Below, in pieces: positions 12,520-27,931 of a stretch of 64,000 bases of DNA. The position numbers were made by a program, and so were the translations under genes. The stretch is from Octopus sinensis. Taxonomy: Eukaryota. Where the stretch lies: positions 90,458,001-90,522,000 of the forward strand of contig NC_043000.1 in assembly GCF_006345805.1 (NCBI RefSeq), in the 5' to 3' direction. The stretch's first letter is position 1, and each line of letters opens with the position of its first letter. A model generated the notes under the pieces. That model saw only the letters and a list, made by a program, of their open reading frames with translations, was not told where the DNA came from and searched no databases.

Positions 12520-13620
12520 GAAGGAAATTGTTGTATACAGTGCTCAGGAGCACTATAACTATGAAAAAAAAAAAAAAGGCCACCAGGTGTACTGTTGGCG
12601 GATTTCAGGAAGTATGGAAGTTTTGAAGGATGTAGCGTCTCGACAGCTAACAACTAATGCGGGTAATTTATTCCATGCAATTCTGAGCGTGAAAAAATGT
12701 TTCCAAAAGTCATAGGTGCTGTGTTATTTTTTGATTTTATTAGCATATCTGCGAGTGTTTGTCATATGGAATTCAAAACGGTGTCCAATGTTGTTGGAAA
12801 GATGGTGGATAATTTTCTGAGTGTCTACCAAGTCAGTTGTCGGAATTCTGATCTTCCGTGTACCCATGCCTAGGGAAGCAAGACGTTCAGAGTATTGTAG
12901 ATGTCTGACGGCGGGTATTCGTTTTGTTGCACACGTCTGAACTGTTTACAGGAGATTTATATGTTGTGCAAGATAGGGGTTCCAGACTGGTAATGCAAAT
13001 TCCAAGTGTCGTATATACAATTGTCGTATACAATTTTAAATAGATAGTTGGAGAGCGGCTGACAAAGGTCTTCCTGAATATGTTAGCACCTCCTCAGCCT
13101 TCTTGACAATCTTACAGATGTGGCTTGTCTAACGTAGATCGTTGTTTACAATAATGCCCAGATCACATCCGCTGAGATTGGTGTTGCTGAAGGAGTATGT
13201 AAAGGCTAGACTTTTCCTCCCAAAATGCATGGTGATGCACTTGTCCAAAGCTAGCTTTAATTGCCCGTCAGAGATCCATTGCAGGTCTGATTGCAGGAAA
13301 GATCTATAGCGCATAGGATCTGTTCTTTTTATTTCGAGATACAGCTTGATGCCATCTGAATATTTCAGTACTGTAGCATTCCTCAAGTTGGCATCTATAT
13401 CATTAATATATGCAACGAATATAGTCATAGTGTGTTCGTTAGAACTTTCAACCTTGCTATTTAATCGCTTGGCATGGATCAAACAGTTTCCCTGTCTTTG
13501 CAGACCTGAATTGTCTTCCCTCCTCATTACATTGTCCTCATGCATATCGGTTCTGATAGCTCACTCCAACACCTGAAGTTCTTTGACGGTGATCATCATT
13601 GATTTTCCGGGATCATCATC
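12520..13620 (-). mobile_element. CR1-clade LINE 3' part (RT C-half and thumb), decayed
   Basis: ORF 13129-13545 has FVAYINDI..LKYSDGIKLY (FADD equivalent), LQSDL, KCITMHFGRK and DLGIIVNNDL. Downstream frames read LEFALPVWNPY, YSERLASLG and FFTLRIAWNKLP. Confidence 0.85.
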
Positions 13621-14437
13621 ATCGATAATGTTTTGAACCTTATAGTCGCTCTTATAGAGTTCGCTTAGTCTCCTATATACGGAGCATAAAATAGACAAGC
13701 TGGCTATGGTGGGAATGCTTTTGATTATAAATGTTCGCTGTTAGATTTAACCAGAGTTTAAACAAGAAGACAGCAAGAAGAAGAAGAAGAAGAAGAAGAG
13801 AAGAAGAAGAAGAAGAAGAAGAAGAAGAGAAGAAGACAGCAAGAAGAAGAAGTAGAAGAAGAAGAAGAAGAAGAAGAACAACAACAACAACGGAATCCAA
13901 ATCAATAACAACCGAGACAGCGAAGCGTGGCATCCATGTGGTTGCTGGAACCACTAAAGATAACAGTCAAATCTCCTTCGATTCACGCGATTTTGAATTT
14001 GAGAAAAATGAAAATACACTGGATAATGTACATGTAGATACACGTAAAAGACGAGATAGTCGGTATGAAAGGTATGGCCGGATCAGCTCTGACCTCGGGT
14101 TAAAAACAACAACAAAAACAGCAATATCAACGACAAGATAGCATTGCCATTATTGTTTAGACCTATGTTATGTATGGCGGCGAAGACCATTGATGAAGTA
14201 GTTCTTGCCATGACTAGCTTGATCGAGAACACCAAGACTGCCCTCTCGAACGATATACTATCTAGTTTCATCACCATGACTACGATCACTAGTTGATGAC
14301 GATGATAGCGATGACGATAACGACAACGACGTCAACGAGGTCAACGACGACGATGACGACGGCGACCACCACCACCATCACAACGACGACGACGACATCG
14401 ACCACGACGACGACCACCACCATCACAAAAACAACAA

Positions 14438-14472
<35 letters not shown>

Positions 14473-14799
14473 GCAGCAGCAACAACAACAACAACAACAA
14501 CAACAACAAAGCAGCAGTAGCAGTAGCAAGAACAACAGTATAAACATCACATCATTAACAATACCGCATATAAATCTCTATCGATCAGAAATCGATCAAG
14601 AAAATTTAGTTGAACAAAATGGAAAGGATAATAACTATATCGATATCAGCCGTCTTAAAGAGAAGGCGCTTATGTTTGTGTTTATATAAGTCATATGTGC
14701 ATATACGTACATACATAAATACATACATAAATACATACATACATACATACATACATACATACACACATACATACATGCGGAAGACTGTGTATGAATATG

Positions 14800-15441
14800 T
14801 AAGTAGCAAGGGCATGCGTTTGCAATCCAGGAACAGGACATATCAACCAAGTACCTGATGCACAAAAGGGATTGAGATGCAGGAAAAACAGAAAACTGTG
14901 ACAACCGATGCAGACTTTGTGAAGTTATCACTGAAGACATCACCCACATCATATGCAGTTGTCCGAAATAGTAAACACGGTATTATCTACCGATGAGACA
15001 TGATGTTGCCAGGATACTGCATAAGGAGATCCGCTGGAAGGGTAACATTAAGACCAAAGAAATAAAAATCCACAGTATGGTGGAAGCCATAGCTACTCAT
15101 AATATAAAGGAGTACTGACAAAATCTCCCAGTGGAAAAACATCAATAAAATATAAAATGTGACAACCGATGCATACTTTGTGGAGTTCATACTGAAGATA
15201 TCACGCACATCATAAGCAGTTGTCCGAAAATGTCATCACGATGAGACATAATGTTGTAGCCCATGATGTAGCTAGGACAATTATTGGGATCCTGGGATAT
15301 GTAACACACTGTTTAAATACCAATCTTGAGAAATTAGGCTTCTCAAAAGCAGAAAGGAGAAAGCTAATTCGAGGACTACAGATCCAGTCCATCACTGGAA
15401 CTGTAAAAATCTGTAAAATTTTCCAGAAGTTTATCATTTAA
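14800..15441 (+). mobile_element. R4/Dong-like LINE fragments: duplicated CCHC knuckle plus C-terminus of the REL endonuclease domain
   Basis: AFAIQEQDISTKY..CRLCEVITEDITHIICSCPK..MRHDVA at 14815-15010, a second knuckle copy at 15158-15232, then IIGILGYVTHCL..LQIQSITGTVKICKIFQKF. Confidence 0.8.
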
Positions 15442-15466
15442 ATATATATGAACATGTCTAGATATA

Positions 15467-16721
15467 GTTCTATATTTAAGAGACCTATAGTAAATCGTAG
15501 AGGTTCAGCATGTCATCCACTGAGCCGCTTCCTTGTGGATATAATCAGTCCATTAGCAGGAAAGTCAACATCGAAATGTTGACCTTCTGTGTAGAAACTA
15601 CCTACTTCAGTATGGACACTGATATATATCGACAAGAGGAGGGTTTAGCTATGGGTTCGCCATTATCACCAGTAATAGCCAATATATACATGGAATACTT
15701 TGAAAATTTGGCTTTAGGATCAACACCACTAAAACCAACACTATGAATACGATATGTTGATGACACCTTTATACTCTGGCCCCACCAGGAAGATGTCCAA
15801 GTGCTGTTAGATCATGTGAACTCAATAAAGCCATCCATACAGTTCACAATGGAAAAAAGAAAAAGACAATCAGCTGGCATTCCTAGACGTATTAATAACA
15901 CGCAACAAGTATGGATTCAGGACATTCGTATACCGCAAGCCGATCTTTACTGGAAGATACCTCAACTTCAATTCCCACCATCCATACAGTGTAAAAAGAG
16001 GGATTGCTCAGTGCCTAAGAAACACCGTGCAAAGAATATAAGTAGCGATCGTGATACACACCACAAAGAAATGATCAAGCTTAATAACGATCTGTTAAGT
16101 AATAACTACCCCCAAACTATACTATCCGCTCCAATTAAGAAGAAGAGAGAGGATGAGGCCAATAAAATTTCCACAGTCTGTCTACCCTGTGTGAAAGGCC
16201 TCTCCGAAAAGATACAAAAGATATGCGGCCCATATGACATCAGGATAGTATTCAAGAGTAATACAACACTTCCCAAATGTCTCCTTCGATTAAAACCACC
16301 AATAGAAGAGAATATGACCAAAGACTGCGTGTACTCCATCGCATGCAACTGTGTTAGGTTATAGAAAGGCGAAACATGCCGCCCCCTCAAAATAAGGGTA
16401 GACGAACTTCGCAAATCTGTGACATGAGGATATATTGATAAATCGTGTATAGCTGATCATATATGGAAAAATGGAGACCACGTCCCCCTGTGGGATGAAG
16501 TTAAAATAATAGAGAACACCACTGGAAAATAAGAAAACTAAAAGAAGCAGCACATATGCTAGGACACAACAACCTCTTAAGCAGACCGAGTGCAGATATG
16601 AGCAGCATATGGGAACCGGTATTAAGGAAGGATAGGAAAATATTAGATTTATAAGCCCTAAAATTCACTCATAATTGTTCACGGGCATATGGCGTAGAGC
16701 GCGGGGTACTAACCCCAAGAT
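15467..16721 (+). mobile_element. Penelope-like retroelement (RT + GIY-YIG endonuclease), 5'-truncated and decayed
   Basis: RPIVNRRGS, TYFS..YRQEEGLAMGSPLSPVIANIYMEYFE, RYVDDTF, IQFTMEK, AFLDV, VYRKP..TGRYLNFNSHHP, and GIY-YIG-like VYSIACNC...KGETCRPLKIRV. Confidence 0.92.
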
Positions 16722-17182
16722 GTCTTAAAAATCGTTTCAGAGGCCTTAGTCTCGGGAACATCCATAACTAGAAACTGAAGTTGGAGGTAAGCAAGTGCGT
16801 GCTCCTCGTAGAAAATCCAGCTCCAAAAAAAAAAAAAAAAGCCTCATGATAGCAAAGGAGAGTGGGCATCAGCTAGCCAGCTCAAACGTTGGAGTGGGCT
16901 GCACTTGCCTACCTCGGTTGCTATGGTATTGAGGTAGATCCGCCCGCCCCCGTTAACGGGGACAAACCCCGGATTTAAAACCCTGGATGATGATGATTAT
17001 CATTGTTACTATTATTTATATTATCATTGTTCTTGTTGCTGCTGTAGTTGTATTCTAATACATTATAAAGTGATTTGGAGACTTTGTTCTAGTTTGTGTT
17101 TTCATTTGTTCTAAGGAACAAACACAATCGAAAACGTATTTATTTATCTAGCCTTCCGTCTGTCAATCAACCAATCAATGAG

Positions 17183-19730
<2,548 letters not shown>

Positions 19731-20091
19731 ATGTAATATGAATGAAAATATGTATTTGAAATTCACGTTCTTTTAAAATTTCAACGGAAACAACAAATGA
19801 TAGAACTCATTGAAAAAAGACTTTACAAGTGTATAGTTTAAATATTTAAGCAAAAAATTGACGATCTGTTACATATACATGCATAAATACATACATACAC
19901 ACGAATCAGGGGCAGCTGAAGAAGGGGAATGTTCCTTGTGTTGTATATCTTGTTCTTCGTTTTTCGTTGTTTGGAAAAGTCCGTTTCCATGTTTTTGTTT
20001 TTATGTTTTCGTTTCTCGTTGTGTTCTACGTTTTTTTGGTGTCCTGTGCCTATATATGCATGTATATATACATGTAGATGTAGGTATGTAC

Positions 20092-20122
<31 letters not shown>

Positions 20123-20589
20123 CATATGTTTTATTTATTAATTTGTTAATATAATATATATATATATATGCATCTTTCCAATCAGTTTCGTGCACTGGGT
20201 ACCTATTAGAACCGGATGTTAGGTAACAGCGCTGTTAAGTAATGCTGTATTCTCTTCAGATATGGCAGGTATGAAAAAAATATGGCGACTACTGTGTGTT
20301 ACTGGAGGTTATGAATTCATACCCGATTTGTGAGTGCTCTGGAAAAACAGGAGAGAAACCCATGGGAGACGAACTGGGCAAGAGTTCTATCAAGATTTAT
20401 GCAAAGTCTCTGAGACGTTGTAAGGATGAAAGAGTTTTTCGAAAATATTTGTCGGTGGAGATAGGGGTTGGTATTTTTGTAGGTTTGGAATGTAATGTAG
20501 GGGTTTTTTATGTATAGATTTTTTGGAGGAGAGAGGATGGTAGATGAGCAGATGCCCATGTTTGGGTGCATATGTGTCTGTATGTTCGT

Positions 20590-21165
20590 TTACTCTTTTA
20601 CTCTTTTACTTGTTTCAGACATTTGACTGCGGCCATGCTAGAGCACCGCCTTTAGTCGAGCAAATCGACCCCAGGACTTATTCTTTGTAAGCCTAGTACT
20701 TATTCTATCATTCTCTTTTACCGAACCGCTAAGTGACGGACACACACACACATACACACACATATACAGATACATATATATACTAATACATATACACACA
20801 CATATATATATATATATACATAAATATATATATATATAGATATATATATATATATATATACTTATATTATTATATATATGTTATGTTATGTATAAATGTA
20901 TGTGTGTGTATTTGTGTGAGTGTAGTATAGATGTGTAAATTATATGTGCGTGCGTGTGTTTGCATAGGTGTCCGCTCCTTCCATCGCTTGAAACCTGTGT
21001 TGGTTTGTTTGTAACCCCGTAACGTAGCGTAGCGGTTCGGTAAAAGACGTCTACAAAGTACGAGATTTAAAAAAAAACAAATACTAGGGTCCATTTGTTC
21101 GACTACAACCCTTCAAAACAGTGTCCCAGCATGGCTGCAGTTCAATGACTGAAGCAGGTGGAAAA
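20590..21165. mobile_element. Two oppositely oriented 3' halves of SINE family B joined through a (CA)/(TA)/(TG) tract
   Basis: 20590-20740 is the reverse complement of 55750-55895; 20985-21165 matches it on the plus strand. Confidence 0.75.
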
Positions 21166-21330
21166 GCATAGGTTCTGAGGATGCTTATTGTCCAAGAGTA
21201 GACAATCGGAGGAGATTTCAAGAATATGTAGTAGTTACTTAGGTATTATCGCAGTTTTGAGCCGATTCTTGTCGTCAATAACGAAATTGTTTAATCTCAT
21301 ATCATAAGAATACAAAACATTCTGTGATTA

Positions 21331-21430
21331 NNNNNNNNNNNNNNNNNNNNNNNNNNNNNNNNNNNNNNNNNNNNNNNNNNNNNNNNNNNNNNNNNNNNNN
21401 NNNNNNNNNNNNNNNNNNNNNNNNNNNNNN
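21331..21430. other. Assembly gap (100 N)
   Basis: Run of N. Confidence 1.
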
Positions 21431-22139
21431 AAATAAAGTACCAGTTACGCACTGGTGTCGATGTAATCGACTTAAAACCTTTGTCTGTCCTTGTTTGTCC
21501 CCTCTATGTTTAGCCTCTTGTGGGCAATAAAGAAATATATATATGCAAGTGCAACATGCATTTAAATGTAGTTTAAAAGCAACTATGGCTGAATGGTTAA
21601 GAATTTCTCCTTTTCATTCATGAGGCTTTGAGCTCAAATTCGTTTCATAGCATTTTCAGCTAGTGATTATTTTATCATAGTTTCTGCTCCACCCAGGTCC
21701 GATGAGTAAGATTGGAAAGACAGAAACTGTGGAAGCCCGCCAGATGGATTGTACTTGTAATTCAAAGGAAGAGCAGAATAAGCCGATGTTTATTCTGTTC
21801 ATGAATTATGTGAAGCTTACAGGTCTCTGTGGATTACTCAGTCACTTACTTGCTAATTCAATGAATACATAATTCAGCTGATCGAACAACTGAATACTCA
21901 TCGTCAAAATCGACGAAGATCCATTTACTTGTTATGGCCAAGATCGAGTATTACCTTTTAATTTACAGGCACATTTCACCCGACAGGCTTCTGTACAGTT
22001 TCCGTCAATCCACTTTTATGAAGTACGAGCAAAACGCTCCTCGTCTAATGGACGGTGCTGAGTTGTCAAACATTTAAACCAAATTTTCTCAAAACACCGG
22101 CTGTCAAGGAAGGTGAAGCAAACCCAAGTATAAAGACAC

Positions 22140-22305
22140 ACGATCACATGTATATATATGACGGGATTCCACACAGTTTCCATCTACCAATTTCACTCAC
22201 AAAACACTTGTCGACCTGGGGTTATAGTTGAAGCCTTCGGCCAAGGTGCCGTGCAATGGGGCTGAACCCGAAACTACGTCATTACAAAGCGAGCTCCTTT
22301 ACCTC
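22140..22305 (-). mobile_element. SINE family B 5' half
   Basis: Reverse complement resembles 28430-28595 (GGGTTCAGCCCCATTGCACGGCACCTTGG..TTGGTAGATGGAAACTG). Confidence 0.7.
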
Positions 22306-23391
22306 AAGCCATTTATATTATTGACACATATTTTATCGCCCATAACTAAATACAACATCAACATTATATTCGGAACGAGAACCCATAAAGTAGAAACTTA
22401 AAATTACAATGCTTTCAGTTTGGTACTAGAGAGAATCAACAACGTCCATAAGCTATAAGCCATGGAAATATTATCACATTTCTACGCAGAGCCTGTCAGT
22501 CTATATTCTTATATGTACTTGGATATTATGTGAATATGTCTGCAGAGAAGTGTTGTGTTTAGAGTCTGTGTTTTGTTTATGCCCGTGTTTATGTATATGT
22601 ATGCATATGTATGTGTTTGCATAATTGTGTATATGTATATATATATGTGTGTTTATGTGTATATGTATGTGCACATATGTGTGTGTATCTTTGTGCGTGT
22701 TCAAGTAAGGAAGAATTAGTTGGCAGTAGATCCCCAAATCATCGGATATTAATGAGCAATTAGTTGCCAAACGAGATCAGAAGTTAGATTTTAATTTCTG
22801 CTATTTGTCGATATCAACTTTACAGAGACGATGAACAGTTTTGCAACAAATCAATGGCTATATTTATTACAGTCTATTACTCTAAATCTCCTAGAATGCC
22901 AAATAAGCAAACGCCTTTTTGGTCAAGCCAGCAAGGGAGTCTTAACATGATCACTCGAACTGCTAATACTTGCAGCTAAATCCTTCTCAAATCATAACCT
23001 GCTGTCTTATAATAATCCCTAAAACAAAAGAGCGTACGTATTAGGTATTGTGGTCGTAGATTAAAAAAGATAGGATGAAGGAGGATTTTGACCATAGGTT
23101 TGTTCAGTTATGAGTAATTTGGGGCTAAACAAAAATTACAGCAACTTCCTTTCGAAGTATCCAGTCTGATGATCGAGAATGGGAAATTCAAATTACATTT
23201 AAGCCCCATCCCTTCTTCCATCTGTTCATCTTCTTCGCCTACTATTTCTGGTAGTGGGGTAGAATCCTCAGGTACCTCCTTCATAAGGTCCTATCAGTAG
23301 CAACTGTCTTTAGACTTTGCGGATGGCTTCTCAAGCGTGACCAACTAAGACTATGACAATATCCTATATTTAAGATGCTAGATACAATTAT

Positions 23392-23626
23392 TATTCGTAT
23401 CACATTCATTTTCCTGTTACGATCGTTTCAGTAACAAATGGGTTAGATAATTCATATAACGTCTTGGAATCAATATTAACAATGATTATGTAATATCGTG
23501 CGATATTGAATGGAAGCCAATTCTGTCAACTCATCACTACCTTGGAAACGGTGCAATGTTAAACGATTTATCTAACCCATCTGTTATTGAAACAGCCACA
23601 ACAGGATAATAAATGTGATACCAATA
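23392..23626. mobile_element. MITE-like fold-back with ~70-bp imperfect TIRs
   Basis: TATTCGTATCACATTCATTTTCCTGTT..ATGGGTTAGATAA vs TTATCTAACCCAT..AACAGGATAATAAATGTGATACCAATA. Confidence 0.7.
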
Positions 23627-24317
23627 TCTTCAGCTGTTTTATTCATTTTATGTTATAATCCTCTGTTAATGTAAATCTCTTGGATTTTAAATTTGTGTGG
23701 AATACTTTGTTTCATTGGGTCGTTTCCTCTTTCATACAACCTTTTAGCCAGGATTCGTACAAGTATTGGTTGAGGTATTCTTCTGGATTTTATGCATCCT
23801 CCATCATATATATCTATATATATATATATACACATACATACATACATACATACATACATACATACATACATACATAAATATAAATAAATATATATAATAT
23901 ATATATATATATATAATACACATTTAATATATTATTTATATACACATGATCTGAGTATCCGAGGGTAGGAAGTTTGTAAACATCAAGCAGTAAGCGTCAG
24001 GTACAGAGAAAAAAAAAGTGGGCAGTATACAATAAGACATAATAAAAATTTATTAGCATAAACTTACACACTTCTTCGCAACTGATAGTTTCTAGATAGC
24101 TCACTGTTAGCAATTAATGTTGCTAAAAATGCGAATAAAATTCCCAATGTGTGTGTTTGTGTGTGTGTATGAGTGGGATAGTGAATAAAATTGTATGGAT
24201 GTTTACATACGCTATTTCTCTAAACGTGTTTTGGGAAGCAAGCCCCTTCCGACACAGCACAGGCCTGCCTGTATATATATATATATATTATTATATATAT
24301 ATTAGTATATATATATA

Positions 24318-24514
24318 CGAGGGTGTGTTGAAAAGTTCCTGGATTTAAAAGCTTGTAGAAGGTCCAGACTTCCGAGTTCTTTTACAGGGCTTAGAAAAAC
24401 TGAAGGGCCACTGTGTGTGAATCTGAGAGGGAAACATGTTGATTAAAGTCATAATTAACTGATCCTTCTGTATTTTCTTTTACCCAAAGCCAGGCTCTTT
24501 TCATCCTCTTCTCG
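24318..24514. mobile_element. Mariner-type MITE (~200 bp)
   Basis: TA-CGAGGGTGTGTTGAAAAGTTCCTGG ... CCAGGCTCTTTTCATCCTCTTCTCG-TA. Confidence 0.7.
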
Positions 24515-24721
24515 TACACACTCACACGCACACATATATGTTACATATATGCATCTTTCTTTCACACACACACACATACATATATACATACACACACATG
24601 TCAGCTGAGTTCGCGCGGAGAATGACTACGAAAGTATTATCAAAAGAAGAAGAAAAAAGAAAAAAAAGAAAAGAAACGGTGAGAGAACTTTGTTTAACCG
24701 TAGTTTAAGTTTGTAACAGAA

Positions 24722-24765
24722 TTACTTCCTGAATTTTCATCTATTCCACCAAGATGGCGGCGCTT
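24722..24765. promoter_or_regulatory. Candidate regulatory cluster: ETS-like ACTTCCTG and full YY1-type CAAGATGGCGGC
   Basis: Motifs read directly in non-microsatellite sequence; function is inferred. Confidence 0.3.
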
Positions 24766-25330
24766 CTGTTTTGTCTGTAGCAATAATTTCATTTTGTTTA
24801 AGAGGATTAGTTGACGCCAGTTTTCTCTCTGGAGCAAAAGGAATATATTTCTTCTTATAGGATTTCGTATATCGTTCTTTCAAGCATAAGACTTAATCCT
24901 TTTTACTAGGAAAATTTATGGTTTTAGGTCAGCGGTCAAATAATTTATATTCGTAAATTGTTTTGTTAATTGATCGAAAAGAAAAGAAGCAAAGAAGAAA
25001 AAGAAAAGAAAAGGAAAAAGAAGGAAACAACACGGCGTTGTTTTGTGTAATAATGTATGAGAGAGAAAAGAGAGCTGACTTCTTGAAACAATCAATATGT
25101 TAAGTTCTGTATTGATTTTGCAACATTATATAAGTAACTAGTATACGCGTGCCATCAGAAACGATGGCTATTTTAGTTCAGCTTCGTTTTAGATCCAATT
25201 TGAGTTCCACTTTCAGATTCTTTCAAAGAATTATCCTTATAGTTTACAATATTTTATCTTTTCAGTGATTTTCCTTCGTGTTGTGACTCGTTAATCTGCG
25301 ATTTCTTTCAACCATTATAGAGCAACGTGA

Positions 25331-25960
25331 AGGTTGCGAGCTGGCAGAATCGTTAACGCTTCGGATGAAATGCTTAGCGGAATATTCTATACGTTCTAAG
25401 TTCAAATTCCTCCGATATCGACTTTGCATTTTACCCCTCTGGGGTGGAAAAAATATATAGTATCAATCAAAATACTGGAGTCGATGTAATCGACTAGTCC
25501 CCTTCTTACCAAATTGTTGACCTTGTGCCTAAATTAGACAGCATCATAACAAAGAAGCATAAACGAGGTGAATGAGGAGCATCGGAGAAAATGTTTTGCA
25601 ATATTTCTTCCGGTTCTTTACGTTCTGAGTTCAATTCAAGCCAAAGTCAAGTTTGGTTTACATACTTTCGGAGTTGATAAAATTATATACCAATCAAGTA
25701 TTGGGGTGGAAAGTACCGACAAAAATCTTTCCCTTTAAAACAGCAGGTTTGTGCCTTAAAAGAGAAACCATTATAATGAGAGATACGTAAAGTCGTTGAG
25801 CAGGGGGTATTGTACCAACATCAAAGTTTTGGCTCTTTATGTTCTGAGTTCTATTCCCATCAATGCCAACTTTTCTTCTGACGTCAATAAAATAAAGTGC
25901 CAGTCAAGTACTGAGATAGATGGCGATCCCTCCTCTCTAAATAGATATCTTTATGCCTAA
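25331..25960 (+). mobile_element. Three diverged tandem SINE-A copies
   Basis: GCGAGCTGGCAGAATCGTT..CGTTCT(A/G)AGTTCAAATTCC repeated three times with increasing decay. Confidence 0.7.
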
Positions 25961-26477
25961 ATCAGGGAAAGGTTTTTTTAAACTCATACTTCTATGATCG
26001 ATGAAGCACCGAGCTGTGGTATGACTAAATTTTTCATCCTCTGCAATGTGTGAGCTTCTGCCTTTCTTAGAAACACGAAATTTTGTGAAATGGTTATGCT
26101 ATGAAGAAATGATCTAATACAACACTTTTTTTTTTTTAAGAACAAGAAGAAGGATTTTAGATTAAATATGATAGTACTTGAAACAAACCAAATATACACA
26201 GAGTAAACAAATACAGCTTCGATTCCAGTACACTAGCGCTGTTAGGAAATATCATAAACATATCATTTCCCATATATAAGCACACACATGCGCGCGCACA
26301 CACACACACATAATAGACACACCCACACACATGACTCGCATTAAACTCCTGACTCGTATTATTATCAAACTGAGAGTATAACTACGGTCCTCCTGTAGCA
26401 TTTACATAGCCTTACCTGCCACCTTGGGGCTTCTGGATACCAATACCTCCCATATATATATACACACACATATATAT

Positions 26478-27324
26478 ACTAAATGAATAACTATTCGAAA
26501 ATATTTATATAGATATTATTATTAATTATTATCATTAGTAAAAGGAATAATAACAACAATAATATAGGTGGCCAGAAAGCAAAAGCCGATATATGGCAAA
26601 TCCAAAATTTTATAATTAATTTATGATCATAATATGGCACACGTGATGCCGGCATTGTTGTGAAAATCAGAGTAAAAAAATCATCTGAGAAAACCACCAA
26701 TCACAGGTAAAATAACAAGCACAATAGAAACCGGACTCCGAGCAAAGAAATTAACGTAACCATCTCGGCAGAAAGCCGTAGAATGAAGAAATAGATATCC
26801 CTAGATCAATTGTAGTGGTTGGTGGGTTTTTTTGAGGATTTTTTACTCTGATTTTCACGCAAATGCTAGTACCACGTGTGCCCTATTATAATTATAGATT
26901 AATTATTAAATTTTGGATTTGCCATTTATCGGAAGTTGCTTGTTGGCCACCTATATTGTTGTTATTATTATTAATTTTACTAATGATAGTAATCAATAAT
27001 AATGTCTATATGAATATTTTCGAATATCTATTCATTTAGTAATTTAATATACTGACACGGTTTTTGAATTTGGCGCTAGCTTTGCAACGGTTACCAGCAC
27101 AGCGAATCGAGGAAAGTTTTTAACCCTAGCTATGTAGTGAGACCTGGCGATGAGAGTTTAGGGAGGTAAATTCTCAAAATTTGAAATCAAATTATCCAGG
27201 GATATCTATTTTCTCATTCTACGGCTTTCTGCCGAGATGGTTAAGATAATTTCTTTGCTCGAAGCACGATTTCTATTTTCGACTCTGATTTTCACAACAA
27301 TGCTGGAAACGAGTGTGGCCTATT

Positions 27325-27325
<1 letters not shown>
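26478..27325. repeat. Compound inverted repeat A-B-A'-x-B'-a' (Penelope pLTR-like architecture)
   Basis: A 26478-26705 vs A' 26815-27040; B 26724-26806 vs B' 27192-27277; partial A' again at 27283-27325. Confidence 0.8.
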
Positions 27326-27380
<55 letters not shown>

Positions 27381-27435
27381 ATATATATATATAGTATATA
27401 ATTATAATATATATATATTTGAATAAAATATTTGA

Positions 27436-27569
27436 AGCGGAAGTTTCAAAAACCACAAATTCTACGATAAATACACACACGAGTTATGTAGGCCTATTGT
27501 TTAAAATATTCATAGCATTGCTCGTGTGTGTATTTATCGTAGTATTGGTGGTTTTTGAAGCTTTCGCTT
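27436..27569. repeat. ~50-bp imperfect hairpin next to (TA)n
   Basis: CTACGATAAATACACACACGAG ... CTCGTGTGTGTATTTATCGTAG plus flanking pairing. Confidence 0.8.
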
Positions 27570-27691
27570 TCTTCTTTGGCAAGTGGTATTTTTACCCTTC
27601 TTTTATTCAAATATTTCATATTATACCTGTTTAGGTAGAAGTCTTGCTAGCCACATCATTATTACTAGTTTTAACAGTAATAATGCTTCTT

Positions 27692-27692
27692 A

Positions 27693-27779
<87 letters not shown>

Positions 27780-27839
27780 TATCTATCTATCTACTCCTAT
27801 CTATCTATCTATCTATCTATCTGTCTGTCTGTCTGTCTG

Positions 27840-27930
<91 letters not shown>
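27692..27930. repeat. (TCTA)n/(TCTG)n microsatellite
   Basis: Direct reading. Confidence 0.95.

Positions 27931-27931
<1 letters not shown>

Noticed and set aside
19905-19960. CTGAAGA followed by a hairpin as a possible hammerhead
   Set aside because: No GAAA directly after the stem and no stem I.
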